Origin: Pseudomonadales bacterium
Lineage (GTDB): Bacteria; Pseudomonadota; Gammaproteobacteria; Pseudomonadales; Azotimanducaceae
Length of the DNA: 64,000 bases
Direction of reading: 5' to 3'
Assembly: GCA_040222775.1 (NCBI GenBank)
Contig: JAVKCL010000015.1
Coordinates: 162,975 to 226,974, forward strand
The notes beneath the pieces were generated by a model. It did not search any database. It was not told where the DNA came from and was given only the letters and a program-made list of their open reading frames with translations. Positions 57,429 to 64,000 of the stretch are shown here, piece after piece. Positions within the stretch are counted from its first letter, which is position 1, and each line of letters starts with the position of its first letter. The translations under genes and the position numbers were made by a program.

Positions 57429-58499
57429 ATGGCTGACATAGAGATTCCCAGGACCATTGACGATGTCACTCCGGAGTGGCTGGGTGACGTGCTGGCGCTT
57501 GAGCTCAAAGACATGCAGGTGACGCAGATCGGGCAGGGTGTGGGCATCATGGGTGACATCTATCGGGTGCAGCCGCAAATGGCGTCCGGAGGTGCCACCC
57601 CCAGTGTGGTGGTTAAGCTGCCGTCGTCCTTTGAAGAAAACAGAGCCCAGGGTGTGGCGCTGGGCATGTTCGCTGCAGAAGTGCGCTTCTACAACGAACT
57701 GGCACCCAAGGTGCCGGTGGGTCTGCCCCATGTCTACTGCGCCACCATCGAGCCGGGGACTGCCAATTTCGTCATCGTCATGGAAGATTTGTGTGATCTG
57801 GAAATGGCCGACCAGGTGGCGGGCATGACTCAGGAACAGGCGCTGGCGGCGGTCAAAGTACTCGCCCATGTGCATGCGGTGTGGTGGGACCAGGCCGAAG
57901 ATGAGGCGCTGGCCTGGATTCCCAGCATGACCGGGCCACGCATAGAGTTCGTCGACACGCTGCTCAATGACCTGATCGAGCCGTTCAGCCAGATGTTCGC
58001 CGACCACCTGCCGCCGCGGGGGCTGGACGTTTACCGTGGCTTTGCAGGCAACTACCTGCGGATCAACAAAGTACTCGCCGGGCGCAGCCCCTGGACCCTG
58101 GTGCATCAGGATTTCCGCGTCGAAAACATGCTGTTCGGCCCGGACAGCGTCAAAGTTATCGACTGGCAGGGCATCGGCCGCGGTCCTGGCGCCTATGATC
58201 TGGCCTATATTCTGGGCGGCTCCATGGCTCCGGAGCTGCGCCGTGAATGCGAGCGTGAATGTGTGCAGGCCTACCTTGATGTCTTGTTGGCACAGGGCGT
58301 AGACGGCTACACTTTCGCGCAACTGTGGGATGACTACGGTCATGCCCAATTGATGGGAGGGCTGGCCACCTCCATGGTGGTCGGTGCGGGCATGGATCTG
58401 AATAACGAACGCGGCAAAGCACTGGCCATCACGATGGCCAGCCGGCACGTGACGGCCGCGCTGGATCACGAGGGTCTGGAGCGTCTGGCGGATATCTGA
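57429..58499 (+). CDS. Phosphotransferase (APH/EcKinase family)
   Basis: IGQGVG, VVVK, EVRFY, TLVHQDFRVENMLF and IDWQ. Confidence 0.85.
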   Translation: MADIEIPRTIDDVTPEWLGDVLALELKDMQVTQIGQGVGIMGDIYRVQPQMASGGATPSVVVKLPSSFEENRAQGVALGMFAAEVRFYNELAPKVPVGLPHVYCATIEPGTANFVIVMEDLCDLEMADQVAGMTQEQALAAVKVLAHVHAVWWDQAEDEALAWIPSMTGPRIEFVDTLLNDLIEPFSQMFADHLPPRGLDVYRGFAGNYLRINKVLAGRSPWTLVHQDFRVENMLFGPDSVKVIDWQGIGRGPGAYDLAYILGGSMAPELRRECERECVQAYLDVLLAQGVDGYTFAQLWDDYGHAQLMGGLATSMVVGAGMDLNNERGKALAITMASRHVTAALDHEGLERLADI

Positions 58500-58522
58500 A
58501 CGCGATCTTGAGGGAGAGAAAA

Positions 58523-60370
58523 TTGAGCGTAGATTGGCTGAAACTGGTTTGCAGCGGTGGTCTGTTGCTGCTGAGCCCACTGCTGCTGGCGGCGGAAAAT
58601 TATTCGCGACCGGTAGGGTTGGACTATCCGCAGAATGTCTATTGGGGCGATACGCACCTGCATACCCGTAACTCGGCCGATGCGTATTCGCTGGGCAACA
58701 TGAATCTGACACCGGCCGATGCTTATCGCTTTGCCCGGGGCCAGGCGATCATGGCCCACAATGGCATGCAGGTGCAGTTGCGCCGCCCGCTGGATTTTCT
58801 GGTGGTGTCAGATCATGCCGAGTACCTCGGTGGCTATTACCGGTTTAATGTAAATGACCCACTGGTGGTCAATACCGATGCCGGCAAGCAGTGGGCTGGC
58901 TACATCGCGTCAGGTGACTCAGTGAAAATGATCGCTGCCTTTACCGCAAGTATGTCTGATCCCGAAAACAACTATCACTTTCCGGAAGATGTGCGCCGTA
59001 CCATCTGGACGGATGTGGCACAGACCTCCGACGACTACAACGTACCGGGTGTGTTCACCGCGTTTACCGGTTACGAATGGACCTCGATGATCAATGGTAA
59101 CAACCTGCATCGAGTGGTGATCTACAAGGACAGCGCTGACAAGGTCGCGCAACTGCCGCCTTTCTCCGGTCAGGACAGTCTCGATCCCCGTGACCTGTGG
59201 CAGGCTCTGGCTGACTATGAAGCCACCACTGGTGGCGAAGTCTTCGCCATTGCCCATAACGGTAATCTCTCCAACGGCATGATGTTCCCGAGCCAGACGG
59301 TGGACGGACAACCCCTGACCACGGCCTATGCTGAAATGCGTGAGCGCTGGGAGCCGGTGTATGAGGTCAGTCAGGTGAAAGGCGACGGTGAAGCGCACCC
59401 GACATTGTCGCCCCAGGACGAGTTTGCCGATTACGAAAACTGGGACTGGGACAACATCGGTCGCACCCAGGACAAAGAAGAGTGGATGCTGAAACATGAG
59501 TATGCCCGCAGTGCCTTGAAGCTGGGTCTGAAGTACGAGCAGGAACTGGGTACTAACCCGTTCAAATTCGGCATGATCGCCAGCACGGACGGTCACAACA
59601 CATTCTCCACCGCCCAGGAAGATAACTTTTTCGGCAAATTTCCGGAGTCTGAGCCTGGTACTGAACGCACTGAAAACGCCATGGCAGGTAACCAGCTGTG
59701 GCAGAACTGGCGCATCGTTGCATCGGGCTATGCCGCTGTGTGGGCCCGCGAAAACACCCGCGAAAGCCTGTTTGCGGCGATGAAACGCCGCGAGGTATAC
59801 GCCACCACCGGGTCACGTATCAACGTGCGTTTTTTTGGTGGTTGGGAGTTTCAAGCGGGCGATGTAAACCGTCCCAACTATCTGGACATCGGCTACGGCC
59901 AGGGCGTACCCATGGGCGGTGATCTGACCGGCGCTCGACGCGGCCAGACCCCGACCTTCATGGTCACCGCTGCCAAGGACCCGGATGGGCCGAATCTCGA
60001 TCGAATACAGGTGATCAAGGGCTGGCTGGACAGCAAAGGTCAACTGCAGGAGCGGGTCTATGACGTAGCCTGGTCGGGCAACCGCAAACCTGACCCGCAA
60101 ACCGGCAAAGTGCCTGCCGTGGGTTCCACGGTGAAGGTCGCCACTGCTGAGTACGACAACAGCATTGGCGCGCCATCGTTGGCCAGCGTCTGGCAGGATC
60201 CGGATTTCGACCGCAGTGAGCGCGCCTTCTACTATGTGCGGGTCATTGAAATCCCGCGTCCGCGTTGGACAGCCTATGACGCGGCCTATTTTGACCTCAA
60301 GCTGCCGGCCGAGGTGCCCATGGTCATTCAGGATCGCGCTTACACTTCACCCATCTGGTATACGCCCTGA
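58523..60370 (+). CDS. DUF3604 domain protein (secreted, PHP-like metal-binding)
   Basis: YWGDTHLHT, LDFLVVSDHAEY, GYEWT, HNGNLSNG, KGDGEAHP, STDGH and RAYTSPIWY. Confidence 0.88.
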   Translation: MSVDWLKLVCSGGLLLLSPLLLAAENYSRPVGLDYPQNVYWGDTHLHTRNSADAYSLGNMNLTPADAYRFARGQAIMAHNGMQVQLRRPLDFLVVSDHAEYLGGYYRFNVNDPLVVNTDAGKQWAGYIASGDSVKMIAAFTASMSDPENNYHFPEDVRRTIWTDVAQTSDDYNVPGVFTAFTGYEWTSMINGNNLHRVVIYKDSADKVAQLPPFSGQDSLDPRDLWQALADYEATTGGEVFAIAHNGNLSNGMMFPSQTVDGQPLTTAYAEMRERWEPVYEVSQVKGDGEAHPTLSPQDEFADYENWDWDNIGRTQDKEEWMLKHEYARSALKLGLKYEQELGTNPFKFGMIASTDGHNTFSTAQEDNFFGKFPESEPGTERTENAMAGNQLWQNWRIVASGYAAVWARENTRESLFAAMKRREVYATTGSRINVRFFGGWEFQAGDVNRPNYLDIGYGQGVPMGGDLTGARRGQTPTFMVTAAKDPDGPNLDRIQVIKGWLDSKGQLQERVYDVAWSGNRKPDPQTGKVPAVGSTVKVATAEYDNSIGAPSLASVWQDPDFDRSERAFYYVRVIEIPRPRWTAYDAAYFDLKLPAEVPMVIQDRAYTSPIWYTP

Positions 60371-60398
60371 AACAGACAGGTGGGGCCAGATCGCGCTG

Positions 60399-61268
60399 AT
60401 GCATACTGTGATGAAGGCACTGGTGCGCGAACCACTAACCTGGTTTCTGCTGCTGGGTGGGCTGCTGTTTCTGCTCGCCAGCAATCACCAGGTTAATCAA
60501 CAGACCACCATCGTGGTCGATGAGGCGCAATTGGTGGCCTACGTCCGCCAGCAGAGCCGCGAGTTTGAACCAGAGCGAGCGGAGCAGCGGGTGGCTCAGG
60601 CGAGTCCTGAGGTGTTGGCTGACTGGGTCCAACAGTACGTACGCGACGAAGCGTTGTTTCGCGAAGCACAGGCCCTGGGGTTTGCCGAAAGCGATTATGT
60701 GATCCGGCGGCGCCTGATCCAGCGCGTCGAGCTGTTGGCCCAGGGAGTGGCATCCACCAATCTGGAAATCGATGATGACGTCGCACGGGAATACTTCAGC
60801 AACCATGCGCAGCGCTACTGGCGACCGGGCCGGGTTACTTTCCGTCATATCTATTTCGCCCACGCCGATGATGCTGAACGCGAGGCTCGGTCAGCGCTGG
60901 AACGGTTGCATGCAGAGCCGGCTAGCGTGGCCAACATGGGCCAGCGCTTTCTCTACCATCTGAATTATGTGGATCGGACTGAAGACTTCATCGCCAGTCA
61001 TTTCGGCACGGCGTTTGCCGAGCAGATCTTTGCCCGGCAGGCCGCTACGGATCGTTGGCAGGGGCCCTTCAGGTCAACTCATGGCTGGCATCTGGTCCGG
61101 CTGAGCAAACTGGAGCCTGGGTTTCAGCCTGAGTTTTCAGCGGTGCGCGATCAGGTACTGATCGATGTGCGTCACGCGTATATTCGGGCCGCCAGCGAAG
61201 CGGTCATCGACGAGATCCTGTTGAAGTACCAGGTCGACAACCGGCTTATTGAGCCCGGCGGTACTTAA
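60399..61268 (+). CDS. PpiC/parvulin-type peptidyl-prolyl isomerase
   Basis: REPLTWFLLLG, REAQALG, D..IRRRL, VTFRHIYF, FGTAF and WQGPFRSTHGWHLV. Confidence 0.82.
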   Translation: MHTVMKALVREPLTWFLLLGGLLFLLASNHQVNQQTTIVVDEAQLVAYVRQQSREFEPERAEQRVAQASPEVLADWVQQYVRDEALFREAQALGFAESDYVIRRRLIQRVELLAQGVASTNLEIDDDVAREYFSNHAQRYWRPGRVTFRHIYFAHADDAEREARSALERLHAEPASVANMGQRFLYHLNYVDRTEDFIASHFGTAFAEQIFARQAATDRWQGPFRSTHGWHLVRLSKLEPGFQPEFSAVRDQVLIDVRHAYIRAASEAVIDEILLKYQVDNRLIEPGGT

Positions 61269-62788
61269 GCCGCGTTGTTGCGTGCTCTGCGTCGCTTTGG
61301 TTGACGCTGAGAACCCTCGGGTTTAACAACGTTGCCCTGCGCCTGCAGTTCCTGCTCGCGCGTGACAGAATCGTCAGGCGGTACCAGGGGCTGATAGGGA
61401 TTGCGTCGCTGACCGTTCGGCTTGCCGCGTTGATTGCGCTGTTTGTTGCGCGACTGATTAGGCTGACCGTTGCCGTCTCTACTCTGGCTGTTGCCGTCTC
61501 TACTCTGACCCTGACCTCTGGCCTGTTGCCCTTTCCTGCGTCGTCCCTGACCTTGACTCTGACCCTGTTGTTCTTTGCGGCTGCTGTTGCCATTGCCGCG
61601 CGAGTCTTTGTCCTGCTGCTTGTCCGGTACGATGGCCGCCAACCGCTCAAATGACAGGTCCACCACCGGGATGCTCTGTTTAACCAGGCGCTCGATGGCT
61701 TTCAGACGCTTGCGTTCTGTATCGTCCACCAGTGACCAGGCTATGCCTTCAGCGCCGGCGCGGCCGGTTCTGCCGATCCGGTGCACGTAGCTTTCCGGTT
61801 CATGGGGCAGTTCATAGTTAATGACATGGCTGACAGCATCGATATCAATGCCGCGTGAAGCGACGTCGGTGGCGACCAGTACCCAGCACTTGCCGGACTC
61901 GAAGGCCTGCAGGGAACGTACTCTGGCGTTCTGTGACTTGTTGCCGTGAATGGCATCGGCCTCGATGTCGGATTTACGCAGTTGTTTGGCGATTTTGTCA
62001 GCGCCATGTTTGGTACGCGCAAAGACAATGGCCTTGGTCACTGAAGTATTGGTTAACAAATGCACCAGCGCACTGCGCTTGTCGGAGTTTTCGACCATCA
62101 CGACCTTCTGCTCGATCTTTTCTACGGTCATCTGCTTGGGTGCGATGTCGATCTTCTGCGGCTTGTTGAGAATGTCTTCAGCCAGTTCTTTGACCTCTTT
62201 CGGCAGCGTTGCTGAAAACAGTAGCGACTGACGGTCTTTGCGGGTCATGGCAACGATCTTGGATACATCGCGAATGAAGCCCATGTCCAGCAGACGGTCT
62301 GCTTCGTCCAGGATGAGCATGGACACCTCGTCCAGCGACAAATGTTTCTGTTCAATCAGGTCGAGCAGGCGACCTGGTGTCGCCACCAGGATGTCGATCC
62401 CGCCACGCAGGGCTTTAACCTGCGGACCCTGACCGACACCGCCATAAACCGCAGCGAAGCTGAGATCAGTAGGCTGGCCGAAAAACTTGAGTTCTTTGAC
62501 GATCTGCAGCGCCAGCTCGCGGGTAGGGGCTAACACCAGTCCGCGCGGGTAGCGGGGCTTGGCTTTCTGTTTGGCTTCCTGCAACCGTTGCAACAGCGGC
62601 AGGCCGAAGGCGGCGGTTTTGCCGGTGCCGGTCTGGGCGATACCCAGCACGTCAGTGCCTTGCAGCAACAGCGGGATAGCCGCGGCCTGTATTTTGGACG
62701 GTTCGAGATAACCAGCTGCGTTGAGTTGATTGTTAAATATTGAGGCAACACCCAGCTGAGTGAAAGCCGATACTGATACTTGATTCAA
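61265..62788 (-). CDS. rhlE: DEAD-box RNA helicase, RhlE-like
   Basis: AQTGTGKT, PTRELA, DEAD, SAT, IHGNKSQNAR and HRIGRTGR. Q/G/R-rich tail with a QSRDGN duplication; TTG start after AAGGA. Confidence 0.85.
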   Translation of the reverse strand: MNQVSVSAFTQLGVASIFNNQLNAAGYLEPSKIQAAAIPLLLQGTDVLGIAQTGTGKTAAFGLPLLQRLQEAKQKAKPRYPRGLVLAPTRELALQIVKELKFFGQPTDLSFAAVYGGVGQGPQVKALRGGIDILVATPGRLLDLIEQKHLSLDEVSMLILDEADRLLDMGFIRDVSKIVAMTRKDRQSLLFSATLPKEVKELAEDILNKPQKIDIAPKQMTVEKIEQKVVMVENSDKRSALVHLLTNTSVTKAIVFARTKHGADKIAKQLRKSDIEADAIHGNKSQNARVRSLQAFESGKCWVLVATDVASRGIDIDAVSHVINYELPHEPESYVHRIGRTGRAGAEGIAWSLVDDTERKRLKAIERLVKQSIPVVDLSFERLAAIVPDKQQDKDSRGNGNSSRKEQQGQSQGQGRRRKGQQARGQGQSRDGNSQSRDGNGQPNQSRNKQRNQRGKPNGQRRNPYQPLVPPDDSVTREQELQAQGNVVKPEGSQRQPKRRRARNNAA

Positions 62789-63058
62789 ATGTATTCCTTA
62801 AAGCAGACCCGCATGCGAGTTCTGCAACGCGCTACTGCGCAGTCGCCGTATTTCCTACGTGCGATTTAAGGAGGGACGGGGGAGTTATCGATAAAACATT
62901 GTCGAACAACAATGCTGCACGTTCGATTAAGACGCGAACCCTGAGGCTTTGCCCCACCAAAGTCAAGGGTATGTTGTACGCTTTGTGACGCCTGTGCAGC
63001 GATGGATTGCGCCCGTTGTATCCACTAAAGTGCGCGTTCCGCAACCGTGTGAATTCAA

Positions 63059-64000
63059 GTGCCGCTACTACAACTGCAAAGCGCCAGCCTGGCGTTCGGC
63101 CATGTACCCCTGCTCGACCAGGTGGATTTTGTGCTGGAAGACAAAGAAAGGGTTTGCCTGATCGGCCGCAATGGTACGGGCAAGTCCACCCTGCTGAATG
63201 TCCTGGTGGGTAATCAGCAACTGGACGCGGGTAAGGTCTGGCTGGAAGCCGGCACCCGCATTGCCAAACTGGCTCAGGAAGTGCCGGCCAGTGCTGACGC
63301 CACCCTTTATGAAACCGTCACCGCCGGGCTGGGTAACCTGAGTTCACTGCTGGCGGAGTTTCACCGACTCAGTCATGCAGCGGGGGATGCCGATTCGCTC
63401 AAGGCGCTGGATCGGGTACAGAGTCAGATCGATCAACTGGATGGCTGGGATGTATCTGCGCGGGTTGAGGCGGTACTGGATCAACTGCATCTACCGGCCG
63501 ATGCCCGCATGTCGGAATGCAGTGGTGGTATCCGCCGGCGCGCCATGCTCGGCCAGGCGCTGATCAGTCAGCCGGACGTGCTGGTGCTGGATGAACCCAC
63601 CAACCACCTGGACATCGAGTCCATCGCCGCGCTGGAAACCGCCATTGCCGGATACCGTGGCAGTGTGGTTTTTGTCACCCATGACCGCCAGTTTATCGAT
63701 GGTCTGGCCACCCGCATCGTCGAACTGGATCGCGGTATGCTGCGCTCCTATCCAGGCAACTATGCCGCCTATCAGGCCCGTAAAGCCAGAGAGCTGGCGG
63801 CTGAAGAAGACGCAGCGAAAAAGTTTGATCAGCATTTGGCGGAAGAAGAAGTATGGATCCGTCAGGGCATCAAGGCACGGCGGACCCGCAATGAAGGGCG
63901 TGTGCGCCGACTGGAAGCGTTGCGAGAGGAGCGGCGTGCGCGACGCGACCGGCAGGGACAGGTCAGGATGCAGGTCGACCAGGGCAATGCATCCGGCAAG
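63059..64000 (+). CDS. uup: ABC-F ATPase Uup, N-terminal part (runs off window; absent from the ORF track)
   Basis: GTG at 63059 gives VPLLQLQSASLAFGHVPLLDQVDF...GRNGTGKST, LDEPTNHLD, VTHDR and EEVWIRQGIKARRTRNEGRVR. Confidence 0.9.
   Translation, partial: MPLLQLQSASLAFGHVPLLDQVDFVLEDKERVCLIGRNGTGKSTLLNVLVGNQQLDAGKVWLEAGTRIAKLAQEVPASADATLYETVTAGLGNLSSLLAEFHRLSHAAGDADSLKALDRVQSQIDQLDGWDVSARVEAVLDQLHLPADARMSECSGGIRRRAMLGQALISQPDVLVLDEPTNHLDIESIAALETAIAGYRGSVVFVTHDRQFIDGLATRIVELDRGMLRSYPGNYAAYQARKARELAAEEDAAKKFDQHLAEEEVWIRQGIKARRTRNEGRVRRLEALREERRARRDRQGQVRMQVDQGNASGK

Noticed and set aside
57375-58712. Long antisense ORFs (445 aa here; also 43222..44310, 17444..18307, 39205..40038 and 52719..53537)
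   Set aside because: They are shadow frames of well-supported genes in GC-rich DNA and show no motifs.
61430-61620. Q/G/R/N-rich repeats in the RhlE tail
   Set aside because: Low-complexity disordered C-termini are normal for RhlE-type helicases.

Overview
GC-rich chromosomal segment, most consistent with a marine heterotrophic gammaproteobacterium (inference from the MSHA genes, TonB receptor, MlaC/MMPL, dbpA, rhlE, uup and tal). It holds about 60 CDSs, mostly lipid/aromatic catabolic and redox enzymes: two LLM oxidoreductases, a carotenoid oxygenase, a 2OG-Fe oxygenase, an ACAD, WS/DGAT, a CYP153-like P450, an epoxide hydrolase, two nitroreductases, two SDRs and a PQQ dehydrogenase. It also carries a partial MSHA minor-pilin cluster (mshC-D-O-P-Q-like) and modABC. 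No rRNA, tRNA or CRISPR array was found. Main findings: (1) the ORF track splits a probable exported selenoprotein (51530..52669, WASW-U-GC, with a SECIS-like hairpin) into two ORFs. (2) An AT-rich orphan gene lies between two related palindromes with 10-nt spacers, like a gene cassette. A 980-bp IS3-family element that lacks OrfA has inserted into the spacer of the left palindrome with an ATC target duplication. (3) A 64-nt intergenic stretch can fold into a perfect four-way junction. (4) The carotenoid-cleavage oxygenase has a Tat-lipoprotein signal. (5) Several short tandem duplications sit at gene 3' ends. All product calls come from motif recognition by eye; no database searches were run.
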